From the IMG/VR virus record IMGVR_UViG_3300020045_000650, positions 1-43,090 of that record: a DNA stretch of 43,090 nucleotides, one strand, 5' to 3'. Origin of the DNA: a virus. Lineage: Duplodnaviria; Caudoviricetes. Below are positions 15,451 to 25,308 of the stretch, in pieces; within the stretch, counting starts at the first letter, position 1, and every line of letters begins with the position of its first letter. The notes beneath the pieces are model-generated. The model saw only the letters and a program-made list of their open reading frames with translations, was not told the origin of the DNA and searched no databases. The position numbers and the translations under genes are program-made.

Positions 15451-16878
15451 ATGCCAAATGTAGCTTTTACTAGATTGGAACTTCGTAGACTCAAAGACGT
15501 TTACGAAACGGTTGAAGATTGCTGTGAAGGTGATTTTCAGGTTAAGAAAAGGAAGGTTAAATATCTTCCAAAGCCCAACGCTTCCGACACTTCTCCCGAA
15601 AACAAAGCCAGATACGAAGGCTATTTGAATAGGGCAATGTTCTTTAATGCTACTAAGAATACCTACAACGCTCTAGTCGGTATGATTTTCGCAAAGCCTG
15701 CCGAAATTGATATTCCCGATAGCTTGCGAGGCATGATTGATAATTGCGATGGCGAGGGAAAGAGTCTAATTCAACATGCAAAGGATTCTGTCGGTAGTGT
15801 TTTGAAAACTTCCAGAATCGGATTGCTTGTGGATTTTCCTAGCGATGGCGAAGAAACTACAATGCACCCTGTTATTAAAATGTATGATAGCAAGGATATT
15901 ATAAACTGGAGAACCGTTGCAGTAGGAACCGAAAAGCTCTTTACTGTCATTGTTCTTAGGGAAAAAGAAATCTATCTTGACGACGGATTTGAATTTTTGG
16001 AACGTGATTTTTACCGTGTTTTGAAGCTTGTTAATGGTGTGTATGTTCAGGACATTTATAGCGGGGACGATGTTTCGTTTGAAGTTCCTAGTAAGAGCAT
16101 TGTTCCTACTAAGTTTGATGGATCTTATTTTGATAGAATTCCTTTTGAATTTTGTGGATCTGACAACAACGATGCATTGCCAGACGTTCCACCGCTTTAC
16201 GACATTTCAGTTGCCAACATCGCTCATTATCGCAACTCTGCCGATTACGAAGACTCTTGCTTTATCACTGGTCAACCCACGCCCTACTTCGCCGGATTGA
16301 CTGAAGAGTGGGTGAGAGATGTCCTCAAGGGAAGCATCCAGCTTGGCTCACGGGCGGCTGTGGCTTTGCCTGAGGGGGCTTCTGCCGGGTTGCTCCAGGC
16401 TAACCCCAACACCATGCCCTTCGAGGCCATGAAGCACAAGGAAGAGCTAATGGTCATGCTAGGAGCGAAGCTAGTATCGCCTAACAGTAGCACTAGAACC
16501 GCAACCGAATCAGCGGCTAATACTGCTGGCGAAACAAGCGTTTTGTCCAACATTGCGAATAACGTTTCGGAAGCTTTTACCAGAGCATTTGGTCATGCTT
16601 CTAGTTTCGTAACCGATGCCGAACCGGAAGTTGTCTTTGCTCTAAATACCGACTTTGAAATTAGCAAGATTAGCGTGACAGAACGTGCTCAAATCGTTAA
16701 CGAATGGATGCGAGGTCTTATTAGCTTTAGCGAAGCTCGCGTTATTCTAAAGAATGGCAAGATCCCGATTGGCGATGACGAAGCTGCTAAGAGCGAAATT
16801 GATGCTGATATGGAAGCTTCCGCCGCTTTGGATGCTGCCAACACAAACACCAATACTAGCGACAACACAAATGTATAA
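15451..16878 (+). CDS. Portal protein (DUF4055-type)
   Basis: YLPKPN..RYEGYLNRAMFFNAT, IINWR, PPLYDI..NIAHYRNSADYE, position after TerL. Confidence 0.9.
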   Translation: MPNVAFTRLELRRLKDVYETVEDCCEGDFQVKKRKVKYLPKPNASDTSPENKARYEGYLNRAMFFNATKNTYNALVGMIFAKPAEIDIPDSLRGMIDNCDGEGKSLIQHAKDSVGSVLKTSRIGLLVDFPSDGEETTMHPVIKMYDSKDIINWRTVAVGTEKLFTVIVLREKEIYLDDGFEFLERDFYRVLKLVNGVYVQDIYSGDDVSFEVPSKSIVPTKFDGSYFDRIPFEFCGSDNNDALPDVPPLYDISVANIAHYRNSADYEDSCFITGQPTPYFAGLTEEWVRDVLKGSIQLGSRAAVALPEGASAGLLQANPNTMPFEAMKHKEELMVMLGAKLVSPNSSTRTATESAANTAGETSVLSNIANNVSEAFTRAFGHASSFVTDAEPEVVFALNTDFEISKISVTERAQIVNEWMRGLISFSEARVILKNGKIPIGDDEAAKSEIDADMEASAALDAANTNTNTSDNTNV

Positions 16879-17929
16879 ACTTTACGACTTTCTTCTAAGA
16901 AAGCAACTTTACTTTGAGAGTGTAAAAAACTATCGAAGCCAGGAGTTTAGAAAAGAACTTCCTAAAATTGTAAAGGAAATAAAGGTATTGTTCGCCGGTG
17001 TCAAATTGGACGATATGACCAAGCGAGAATTGGGAAAGTTAGTTACAGCAGTTAGAAAGGCTGTAATGAATTTCTATGACATTTGGGCCAATCAGCTTTT
17101 AAAAGACCTGGAAGAGTTGAACAAAGCTGATCTTAGCGTTACTAAAATAGCGGTTGCAAATTCATTTTCAGAAGATGAGTTTGAAACGGAAGACGAAGCG
17201 ACTGCTATTTTAAAGGAAAACAAAATAGCTTTAAAGGAAGATGAAAGTAGAGACATTCCTTACGCTTGGATATTTGGTAGCAAAGCGGACAAGTTGTTCG
17301 ATTATGCTATGCAACAAACGGTTCCAGCCGTTGGAACGACACTAGAAGCTTACATTGCATCTTTGCCAATGCTTGCAGCGGCAAGAGCAGAGCAAGCCGT
17401 CAAAAGCGGTATTGCAAATAACGATAGTGCTTCCGACATTGCAGATAGCATTATCGGAACATCAGAAAACAATTACAAAGACGGGATCTTTTTAAAAACA
17501 AACAACAACGCCGAAGCCATTTCTGACACGAGTTTCCAGCATATTGATAGCATCGTAACTGCCGGTGTTCTAGCGACGGTGTTTGCAAAGTATCGTTGGA
17601 TTTCTGTAATGGATTCCAGAACAAGCGATATTTGTTTGTATCGTAACAATCGAATATACGCCTTTGGAAAGGGTCCGTTACCGCCTGCCCACACTAGATG
17701 CAGAAGTTCGATATCTGCTCAAATAGCTGCTAGTGAAACCGAAGATGAGAGCTTTCAATCGTGGCTAACGAAGCAACCGCAGGACATTCAAAAGCATGTG
17801 CTTGGCAAAAAGTTCAACCTGTGGGCATCCAGCAATTTATCCGAAGCAGATTTCCCGAAGTTCAATCAAGTTACGCCCTTGTCAATTTCACAATTCAAGT
17901 CTAAACTTTCAAGCATTGTAACCCGCTAG
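16871..17929 (+). CDS. Head morphogenesis / minor capsid protein (SPP1 gp7/Mu gpF-like)
   Basis: WISVMDSRTSDIC...PPAHTRCRS motif. Confidence 0.88.
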   Translation: MYKLYDFLLRKQLYFESVKNYRSQEFRKELPKIVKEIKVLFAGVKLDDMTKRELGKLVTAVRKAVMNFYDIWANQLLKDLEELNKADLSVTKIAVANSFSEDEFETEDEATAILKENKIALKEDESRDIPYAWIFGSKADKLFDYAMQQTVPAVGTTLEAYIASLPMLAAARAEQAVKSGIANNDSASDIADSIIGTSENNYKDGIFLKTNNNAEAISDTSFQHIDSIVTAGVLATVFAKYRWISVMDSRTSDICLYRNNRIYAFGKGPLPPAHTRCRSSISAQIAASETEDESFQSWLTKQPQDIQKHVLGKKFNLWASSNLSEADFPKFNQVTPLSISQFKSKLSSIVTR

Positions 17930-17960
17930 GCTGTGCCTAGTTTTAAAGGATCGGTGATCT

Positions 17961-18668
17961 ATGGCAATTAAGCGCAAAATTAGTAAGGAAGAATTTGAAA
18001 AGCTTCCTGACATTCTGAAAAGCGAATACGAAGAAAAGGGCGGTTCTTATATTGCTATCATCGATGGCGATGACGAAGCTGTCGAAGCTTTGAAGAAGGC
18101 CAAAGAGCATGAGAGCAATGCTCACAAGGAAACTAAGACTAAGATGAAGGAACTCGAAGACCGTCTCAACACGATGGATTATGATGGAAAGAAAAAGAAC
18201 AACGATATCGAAGCTATCGAAAAGTCTTGGAGTGAAAAGCTTGCCAATCGTGAAAAGGAATTGAGTGGCGAACGCGATAGCTTGAAGTCAATGCTTTCTT
18301 CTTCGTTGCGTGATGCTACTATCGCGTCTATTGCTTCTAAGATTGTAAAGCCCGATGCTCAACGTTTGTTTAAGAAGTCCATTGAAGAGCGGTTTAACGT
18401 CGAACTCGATGGCGACAAACCTGCCATTCGCATTCTCGATAGGGAGGGCAAACCTTCTGCTATGAGTCTTGATGATTTTGAAAAAGAAATTCTTGCTGAT
18501 AAGGAATACAGCAGTATTCTAGTTGGTAGCAAGGCTTCCGGTGGTGCCGGAGTCAAGCCGGGGCAGTCTGTGGCTAGTCCTGGTGAAAGCAAACCCGTCG
18601 ATCTGTCTAAGCTCAAACCTGCCGAGCTTGCGGCTCATATTAAAACCAAACACGAAACCCAGGAGTAA
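17961..18668 (+). CDS. Capsid scaffolding protein
   Basis: Charged coiled coil directly before the MCP; GSKASGGAG linker. Confidence 0.85.
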   Translation: MAIKRKISKEEFEKLPDILKSEYEEKGGSYIAIIDGDDEAVEALKKAKEHESNAHKETKTKMKELEDRLNTMDYDGKKKNNDIEAIEKSWSEKLANREKELSGERDSLKSMLSSSLRDATIASIASKIVKPDAQRLFKKSIEERFNVELDGDKPAIRILDREGKPSAMSLDDFEKEILADKEYSSILVGSKASGGAGVKPGQSVASPGESKPVDLSKLKPAELAAHIKTKHETQE

Positions 18669-18674
18669 CAAACA

Positions 18675-19643
18675 ATGGCTCTTTCCGATCTTTCCGTTTT
18701 TTCCAAGTCGGTCTACGATAGCATGACCGAAGTTGCTACCCAGCAGATTGATTTGTTCAATGCTGCTTCCCGTGGCACTATTCAGCTTTCCGCTGGTGCT
18801 ATGCAGGGTGATTACGCCGAGCGAGCGTTTTTCGCCAAGATCAGCGGCCTTGTTCGTCGGCGTAACTCTTACGGCTCTGGTGCTGTTACTGCTAAGACCC
18901 TTACCCAGCTTGTCGATAACATGGTCAAGATTGCCGCTGGCACCCCTCCTGTCAATCTCGATCCCGGTCAGTTCAAGTGGATTCAGATGAATCCCGAAGT
19001 TGCGGGTGCTGCCCTTGGACAGCAGTTAGCTAAGGACATGCTTCAGGACATGCTCAACACATCTGTCATGGCTGGCTACGCTGCCCTGAGCGGACAGGCC
19101 GCTAGCATTCAGTATGACGGCACTGGCGATACGGTGGATACCCTTACCGCTGCCATGATGAATAGTGCCGCTGCCAAGTTCGGCGATCGATCTTCTGAGA
19201 TCGTCGCTTGGATTATGCACTCTTACAGCGCCCACCTTTTCTACGGCAACGCGATTGCTAACGCCAGTTCGCTGTTTACTTACGGCACCATCAACGTCAT
19301 GGGCGATCCCTTTGGCCGTGTGTTCGTTGTAAGCGACATTCCCACCCTCTTCACTTCCGGGACTCCCAACATCGCTTACACCCTTGGCCTTGTTAACGGT
19401 GCTATTGAAGTCGAGCAGAACAACGATTTCACCGATAACTATGAAACCAAGAATGGTGATGAAAATATCCTTCGCACCTATCAGGCTGAGTGGTCCTACA
19501 ACCTGGGTATTAAGGGTTTTGCCTGGGATAAGACCAACGGCGGCAAGTCTCCCAACGATGCTGCCATCGCTACCGCCACCAACTGGGATAAGAACGTTAC
19601 CTCCATCAAGGATATTGCCGGGGTTCTGATTAAGAGCAACTAA
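18675..19643 (+). CDS. Major capsid protein (PA73/KL1-type)
   Basis: MALSDLSVF..QQIDLFNAAS..GLVRRRNSYGSG..ETKNGDENILRTYQAEWSYNLGIKGFAWDKTNGGKSP closely matches the PA73-like MCP as I recall it. Confidence 0.93.
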   Translation: MALSDLSVFSKSVYDSMTEVATQQIDLFNAASRGTIQLSAGAMQGDYAERAFFAKISGLVRRRNSYGSGAVTAKTLTQLVDNMVKIAAGTPPVNLDPGQFKWIQMNPEVAGAALGQQLAKDMLQDMLNTSVMAGYAALSGQAASIQYDGTGDTVDTLTAAMMNSAAAKFGDRSSEIVAWIMHSYSAHLFYGNAIANASSLFTYGTINVMGDPFGRVFVVSDIPTLFTSGTPNIAYTLGLVNGAIEVEQNNDFTDNYETKNGDENILRTYQAEWSYNLGIKGFAWDKTNGGKSPNDAAIATATNWDKNVTSIKDIAGVLIKSN

Positions 19644-19661
19644 GCAATTTCCATAAACTAG

Positions 19662-19704
19662 AATGGGCGAATCTTTAGCAAAAGCTTCTGATTCGCCCAT
19701 TTTT
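19662..19704 (+). terminator. Rho-independent terminator after the MCP
   Basis: AATGGGCGAATC...GATTCGCCCATT followed by TTT. Confidence 0.75.
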
Positions 19705-19717
19705 AAAAAGGACGCAA

Positions 19718-21151
19718 ATGAAAAAAGTAATTTTCTTTACAGAAGGTATTGTTCCTACCGAATCCGAACTTTTGGAAATTGAGGAACTTAATAGCAATCG
19801 TTACGAAGTCGCTGTTAGAAATAGTTCCGTTAATCACTCTACGGAAAATTGCGATTCCGTTGCAGGCTTGAAGGCCCCTTCTGCCTACAAGCATTCTAAG
19901 CTTTTCAAGGTTACGCCGGAAGATTCCGCGTCGCCTAATTATAGGATCTGCAAAGACGAATCTACCGTAGTGACTACTTTCCAGGCGAGTCACGGTTTTA
20001 CCTTCGGAACTGGAGCGCAAAACGGAAACGCCAACTACACCGATGATTTTGTTACTGGAACTCAATGCGCTTACTGGGAAACTAAGGGTGCCGGTGTTCA
20101 AGCTTCGTGCCGTAAGTTCGCAAATACGGCTGTTGACATTAGTAACAAGATTATCAGAATCACTTTCAAGGTTGACAACATTAAGAACATTAGCGAAATT
20201 GCGATGTTCGCAGGTGACACAAGCCTTGCCAATTGTTTTAAGTGGAGCATCCAGACTAGCGGCACTGCTAATATTCTTCCCGTCATTTCTGGAGAATGGA
20301 CAACCGTTACGCTTAACTTGGCCGATGCTTCTTCAATCGGTTCGCCCAATGCTGCCAATATCACAGATTACAGTTTTGCAATCTATGATAACAACACCGC
20401 TGCAATTTGTTCCTGCAAATGGCAATCTTTGGAATTGATCGATATTCCGGTATCGAAGTTCCCCAAGGGTGTTATCTCTATCACGTTTGATGACAACTAT
20501 GAAAGCGTATACACCAAGGCTTTTGCAAAGATGAAGGCCCTTGGTTTGAAAGGTGTTTCTTACAATGTTATTGAATATGTCGGAGCAACCAACAGAATGA
20601 CGCAGGCGCAAATGGATGAACTGGCTTCGTATGGATGGGAGATGTCCGCTCATGCTTACCTAGCTGCCAATCACGGAACCGATTTTACTGTGACTGACAA
20701 TCCTACCGCCCATGCGGATTTCAAAAACTCAATCAAGTATCTAAACGCCAAGAAGTTCAGCAGAGGAATTGCCTATCCGCACGGTGCTAGGAATAGGCGT
20801 GTTGTCGATAGGTGCAAAACGTTCTTTACTTACGGCAGAACGATCATTAGCCGAACTAAGGAAACGCTTCCTTTTGGAGATAGATTTGGTCTTCGTGCTG
20901 TGTCGTCTATTTCCAATTTCACTGGAGGCGTCCTGCCTTCTTCGATTTATACCGACACGACTGGTCTTATTGACAAGACTAAGACCTACAAGAATTGGCT
21001 GATTCTTGTTTTTCATAACATCACCGACGAAACCGAAACGGCAACTACGCAATGTAAGACTTCGGATTTCAATCTAATCATGGACAAGATCAATACTTCC
21101 GGGGTTCCTGTAATGACCGTTGAAGAAGTTCTAGGTTTGCTTGGAGAATAA
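19718..21151 (+). CDS. Polysaccharide deacetylase (NodB/CE4) fused to a virion-protein N-domain
   Basis: ITFDD, WEMSAHAYLAANH, AYPHG, LILVFH motifs; first ~60 aa paralogous to 21153-21389. Confidence 0.85.
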   Translation: MKKVIFFTEGIVPTESELLEIEELNSNRYEVAVRNSSVNHSTENCDSVAGLKAPSAYKHSKLFKVTPEDSASPNYRICKDESTVVTTFQASHGFTFGTGAQNGNANYTDDFVTGTQCAYWETKGAGVQASCRKFANTAVDISNKIIRITFKVDNIKNISEIAMFAGDTSLANCFKWSIQTSGTANILPVISGEWTTVTLNLADASSIGSPNAANITDYSFAIYDNNTAAICSCKWQSLELIDIPVSKFPKGVISITFDDNYESVYTKAFAKMKALGLKGVSYNVIEYVGATNRMTQAQMDELASYGWEMSAHAYLAANHGTDFTVTDNPTAHADFKNSIKYLNAKKFSRGIAYPHGARNRRVVDRCKTFFTYGRTIISRTKETLPFGDRFGLRAVSSISNFTGGVLPSSIYTDTTGLIDKTKTYKNWLILVFHNITDETETATTQCKTSDFNLIMDKINTSGVPVMTVEEVLGLLGE

Positions 21152-21152
21152 C

Positions 21153-21389
21153 ATGCGAAAGATTATTATTTTTATCGCTGATTCGGTTCCTTCCGATGAA
21201 GAAAGGATTGAGGTGGAAGGGGCCAAGGTCTGCTATAGAAATGCTAAGTTTATCGATAGCGAATCTCTGGCCATCGAAAGCTGCGATTACGTCAAGGGCC
21301 TAATCCCTTCTAGCTACGCTCATCTTCCAGAGTGGCAAAAAGAGGCCCCTACCCCTGTGGGCAAAACTAAGTGGAAGTCTAATTCTTGA
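21153..21389 (+). CDS. Small conserved post-capsid (virion-associated) protein
   Basis: KIIIFI..VPS.EE..YRNA..ESCDYVKG..P..Y, typical of the gene after the MCP in PA73-like phages. Confidence 0.7.
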   Translation: MRKIIIFIADSVPSDEERIEVEGAKVCYRNAKFIDSESLAIESCDYVKGLIPSSYAHLPEWQKEAPTPVGKTKWKSNS

Positions 21390-21398
21390 AGGTGATCT

Positions 21399-21941
21399 AT
21401 GAACGCTTTCGATTGGATAAACAAGATTTGGCAAACTGTTAGATGCACTAAAAAAGGTGCTTTGTTTGCCGAAACGATTCACGTTGGGTATGCCGAAGGC
21501 AAAGAGTTCCGCATATTTGACGATTTTAGTTTGGCCGATGGAGGTGTCAAGGTAATCAAGTTTGTTTCTGCTGTTAACTTCGCAGTTCATAACGAAAACG
21601 TTTCGATCGTTTCGGGCGAAATGAAAATGGAAACCTTGACTACCGGAACCGAAGGTGGAACGTTTACCGCTAAAACGGTCTTCCCTAAGAACATGGGAAC
21701 GGAACGGCCCACGCCTCTATACGAAAGCCAAATGGCTGTATCTAGCGGTGGAACACATACGGGAGGCACGTTGCTGCAAGTTTCCAGGATGAAGACTTCT
21801 GGAAACTCCAACTTCGCTGCCAATGTTGGCAAGGATTCGTCTGATGTAAGAACCTATCCGGCTGGAACCTACTACATTCGTTTTACCGCAACTGGGGCTG
21901 TAGTTGGTGTTTACAATTTGGTTTGGGAGGAACGAGTATGA
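21399..21941 (+). CDS. Virion structural protein
   Basis: 180 aa, beta-rich, EGKEFR..PAGTYYIR..WEER, in the head-tail region. Confidence 0.65.
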   Translation: MNAFDWINKIWQTVRCTKKGALFAETIHVGYAEGKEFRIFDDFSLADGGVKVIKFVSAVNFAVHNENVSIVSGEMKMETLTTGTEGGTFTAKTVFPKNMGTERPTPLYESQMAVSSGGTHTGGTLLQVSRMKTSGNSNFAANVGKDSSDVRTYPAGTYYIRFTATGAVVGVYNLVWEERV

Positions 21942-22438
21942 CATTGGTTGTTGAAGACGGTTCCATTGTTGCTAATGCAAACTGCTACGCGGATCTTGCT
22001 ACTATCAAAGCCTACGCAACGGCAAGAGGCATTGCGCTTGGAACCGACACGGTTATTGAACAACAGGTGATTAAGGCAATTGATTACCTAGAAGGCTTAC
22101 GTAATCGATTTCAGGGTAACAAAGTCGTAAGCACTCAATGCTTGCAGTTTCCTAGACAGAATGTTTGGATTGATGGTTTTGAGATTCTCGAAACTGTCAT
22201 TCCTAACGAACTAGTAAAGGCTCAATGTCAGTTGGTTTGTGAACAAGCAAACAGTATTGATATTATGCCCACACAAAGCGAACCTGCTGTTAAGAAGGAG
22301 GTGATTGGGCCGATCGAAACCGAATACGCAGTTGCTACCGGAACCATTACAACTCCTGTTATGACTGCCGTGGATGCTTTGCTTGAGCCGTTGTTTAAGA
22401 ACAATAGCGGATTTACGCTTACAACGGTGAGGGTGTAA
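21938..22438 (+). CDS. Head-tail adaptor (often annotated DnaT-like)
   Basis: LVVEDGSIVANANCY, AIDYLE, Q.LQFPR, VKKEVIGPIETEY. Confidence 0.85.
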   Translation: MTLVVEDGSIVANANCYADLATIKAYATARGIALGTDTVIEQQVIKAIDYLEGLRNRFQGNKVVSTQCLQFPRQNVWIDGFEILETVIPNELVKAQCQLVCEQANSIDIMPTQSEPAVKKEVIGPIETEYAVATGTITTPVMTAVDALLEPLFKNNSGFTLTTVRV

Positions 22439-22824
22439 TGACTAGCCGATTCTCAGTTCATGTCAAAACCGTTCAAAAGGCAATTGCTAAATTCGGGCAG
22501 ACCGTAACATACAATCAAACAACGGCTGTTTCTGTGGGCAACCCTTGGGAAGGCGCTACATCAAAAGGCCCCGATATTAGTTTGAAGATTCTGTTTCTTG
22601 CTCCTTCCGCTACTGGTGAAACTCAGTTCGGAAAAGAACTGCTAACCTACTTGAAAGGAACTGAAACTTCCAAAACGCAGGTTCGAGGTTACATGGCCTA
22701 CAACGGTTTTGAACCTGCTAAGAGCGATATTGTTGTTAGAGACGGTAAAGAACTAGTCATCGGTGCTGTCGATACTCTAGCCCCTGATGGAACTTCGATT
22801 CTGCATGTTTTGGAGTTTGAATAA
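22438..22824 (+). CDS. Head closure protein (putative)
   Basis: IAKFGQTV...PDGTSILH, position in the neck module. Confidence 0.7.
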   Translation: MTSRFSVHVKTVQKAIAKFGQTVTYNQTTAVSVGNPWEGATSKGPDISLKILFLAPSATGETQFGKELLTYLKGTETSKTQVRGYMAYNGFEPAKSDIVVRDGKELVIGAVDTLAPDGTSILHVLEFE

Positions 22825-23279
22825 TGCCCACAGATAGATACACAGCACTTAACGAAATGTTAACTTTGTTTTTGGGACGATGGGCTACGGATGCTCCAGC
22901 GGCTCTTGGCTTGGTCGATGTGCCTCATGTCGAGTATCCGGGCGTAGACAGCGGGTTCCTGCCAACTGGGGAAGACTGGTGGGCTAGGATCAGCTTTCAG
23001 TCAGTCTTGAGTGAGCAAGGAACTTTTAGTGAAAACGTGGTCACTTCCGGTTCTAGGCGTTACACTAATTCGGGGCTAGTCTATGTTCAATTGTTCGCCC
23101 CGAAGAGAAACGATAGTTTTGTTTTAATCAACAAACTTTCCAACGCAGTTCAAAATATTTTTAGAGAACGAACATTGAATGTAAACTTTTACAACTCTTG
23201 TGTAAAAGAACTTGCATCGGAAAGCGGTTGCTTGCGATACAATGTAGTTGCTGAATTCGAGTTTGACGAAATTTCCTAA
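22824..23279 (+). CDS. Tail terminator-like protein
   Basis: WARISF...RRY..SGLVYVQLFAP..V.AEFEFDE, before the tail tube gene. Confidence 0.75.
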   Translation: MPTDRYTALNEMLTLFLGRWATDAPAALGLVDVPHVEYPGVDSGFLPTGEDWWARISFQSVLSEQGTFSENVVTSGSRRYTNSGLVYVQLFAPKRNDSFVLINKLSNAVQNIFRERTLNVNFYNSCVKELASESGCLRYNVVAEFEFDEIS

Positions 23280-23292
23280 AGGAGGAATATAA

Positions 23293-24816
23293 ATGGCAAA
23301 CAAGATTGACTCTAATATCGTGGGAGCGTCTTACGCTGAAGAATCTTCACTGAAGACTCTTCCAGGCACTCCCGTTTGGTATGCTCTTGAACCGAATAGC
23401 TTTTCTGATTTCGGTGGAGAGATTACCAACGTTGCTCGTAATCCCATCAATGCTTCCCGGCAGGTAATGAAAGGTGTTATCACCGATCTTGACGCTTCTG
23501 GCGGCTACACTACTGATGTGACTAGCAACAACATCAAGCGTTTGATGCAGGGTTTCTTTTTTGCTACGGCTCGCGAGAAGGCCGACAGCATTCCCCTCAA
23601 CGGAACTGCAATCGCTATCACTAGCGTTGTTGCTTCCACCAAGACCTACGCCGCCGCCTCTGGCTTGGGTGTCTTTGGCGCTAACGATCTCGTTATGTTC
23701 TCCGGCTTTACCAACAGTGCCAACAACGGCCTTGATGTAGTTGCTTCGTCCACCGCTGCTACTGTTGTCGGAACGGCTACGAAGGTCGATGAACCTGCCC
23801 CGCCTGCTACCGCTCGAATCGAGCGTGTTGGTAAGCAGTTCGCTTCCGGCGATCTTGCCTTGACCGTGGGCACTGATTACGTTCGCCTTACCAGCCTTGC
23901 TTACACCATGAGCGATCTTGGCTTGATCCCTGGCGAGTGGATCTTCATTGGCGGCGATACCGCTGCAAGCAAGTTTGCTAACTCGACTCCTGGGTATGCT
24001 CGTGTCAAGACCGTTGCTGCCACCTATGTCGATCTTGAGGAAACTACCTTTACGCCTGTCGCCGATACCGGGACCGGCAAGACTATTCAGATTTTCTTTG
24101 GCAAGGTTGTAAAGAACGAGGACAGTCCTTCTTTGATCGTTCGTCGTTCCTATCAGATTGAGAGACAGCTTGGTAACGATGGTTCTGGCATCCAGTCGGA
24201 ATACATCACCGGCGCGATTCCTAACGAATTTGTTTTGAACGTTCCTGAGACTGATAAGCTTACCGCCGATCTTAAGTTCGTTGCTGTTGACTACGAAACT
24301 CGAACCGGAACGGTGGGCGTTAAGGCCGGGACTCGTGTTGCTGCCTTGGTTGAAAATGCTTTCAATACTTCCAAGGATGTTTACCGCCTCAAGATGAGCA
24401 TCAATCCTGTGGGCAGTATTAACCCCGCTGCCTTGTTTGCTTACGTCACCGATTGTTCGATTAGCATTAACAATGGTGTAAGTCCTAACAAGGCCATCGG
24501 TGTGCTTGGCGCGTTTGATGCCTCTGTTGGTGATTTCGCTGTTACGGGTAGCCTTACGGCTTACTTCTCCAACGTTACCGCTGTTGCTGCTGTTAGGAAC
24601 AATAGTGATGTTGGTTTTAATGCCATCTTCGCCAACAACAATAGCGGTTTCATTTTCGACATTCCTTTGATGTCGCTTGGTGGTGGTCGATTGGCTGTTG
24701 AAAAGGATTCCCCTATCACGTTGCCTATTGATATGAACGCTGCTAAGAACACCAAGGGCTATACCCTTCTTGCTAACTTTTTTAGCTACTTGCCAACGAT
24801 TGCAATGCCGCTATAA
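23293..24816 (+). CDS. Major tail tube protein
   Basis: MANKIDSN..AEE..LPGTPVWYALEPNSFSDFGG..ARNPIN.SRQ..KG..TDLDASG; GDFAVTGSLTAYF. Confidence 0.9.
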   Translation: MANKIDSNIVGASYAEESSLKTLPGTPVWYALEPNSFSDFGGEITNVARNPINASRQVMKGVITDLDASGGYTTDVTSNNIKRLMQGFFFATAREKADSIPLNGTAIAITSVVASTKTYAAASGLGVFGANDLVMFSGFTNSANNGLDVVASSTAATVVGTATKVDEPAPPATARIERVGKQFASGDLALTVGTDYVRLTSLAYTMSDLGLIPGEWIFIGGDTAASKFANSTPGYARVKTVAATYVDLEETTFTPVADTGTGKTIQIFFGKVVKNEDSPSLIVRRSYQIERQLGNDGSGIQSEYITGAIPNEFVLNVPETDKLTADLKFVAVDYETRTGTVGVKAGTRVAALVENAFNTSKDVYRLKMSINPVGSINPAALFAYVTDCSISINNGVSPNKAIGVLGAFDASVGDFAVTGSLTAYFSNVTAVAAVRNNSDVGFNAIFANNNSGFIFDIPLMSLGGGRLAVEKDSPITLPIDMNAAKNTKGYTLLANFFSYLPTIAMPL

Positions 24817-24837
24817 TTCAGACAGGCCACGAGGCAC

Positions 24838-24866
24838 AGGGCCGGGGACAATCTCCGGCCCTTTTT
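24838..24866 (+). terminator. Rho-independent terminator
   Basis: AGGGCCGG...CCGGCCCT followed by TTTT. Confidence 0.75.
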
Positions 24867-24880
24867 ATTGGAGCTAAACA

Positions 24881-25300
24881 ATGAGCATCTTTAATCAGTT
24901 CAAGACTAGCAAGACTGCTGAGGAAGAGGGCATTCTTATTAAGTTTGCCGCTAATGAAGATGGGTCCATTCCTACGTTTAAGATCGGTCGCCAGTGCCGT
25001 AGCAATACCAAGTGGGCAAAGACCTTTGAGGCTAAGACCCGTCCTTACAAGGATGAGATTTCCGACAAGACGATCGAAACCGATGTTGCCGAAAAGCTCA
25101 ATATCGAAGTGTTTTGCTCTGCTATTCTTTTGGATTGGCAGAATGTTCGAGACGAAGACGATGTTGAGATTGCTTTCACTTTCGACAACGCTGTGAAGCT
25201 CATGACCGATCTTCCTGATCTTTATGAAACCCTTAACGCCAAGTCGATGGTTATGGAAAACTTCCTTTCCATCAAGATGAAGACCGACTCAAAAAACTAA
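24881..25300 (+). CDS. Tail assembly chaperone (gpG analogue)
   Basis: Follows the tail tube gene; LLDWQNV..LMTDLPDLY; ends in a slippery heptamer. Confidence 0.85.
   Translation: MSIFNQFKTSKTAEEEGILIKFAANEDGSIPTFKIGRQCRSNTKWAKTFEAKTRPYKDEISDKTIETDVAEKLNIEVFCSAILLDWQNVRDEDDVEIAFTFDNAVKLMTDLPDLYETLNAKSMVMENFLSIKMKTDSKN
25291..25297 (+). other. Programmed -1 frameshift site A AAA AAC
   Basis: X XXY YYZ heptamer just before TAA; the -1 frame reads LIDVLLYDLEM into the ORF 25309-25617. Confidence 0.8.
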
Positions 25301-25308
25301 TAGACGTT

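Noticed and set aside
17950-17963. GGTGATCT(G)ATG repeated before several genes (about 415, 17953, 21391) as a novel motif
   Set aside because: GGTGATC is simply complementary to the 16S rRNA 3' end (GAUCACC), i.e. a Shine-Dalgarno variant
19026-19700. 224-aa antisense ORF over the capsid gene (and similar ORFs at 32165-32635, 36867-37415, 28415-28855)
   Set aside because: Shadow ORFs arising from the biased codon use of the real gene on the opposite strand; no RBS or recognisable motifs
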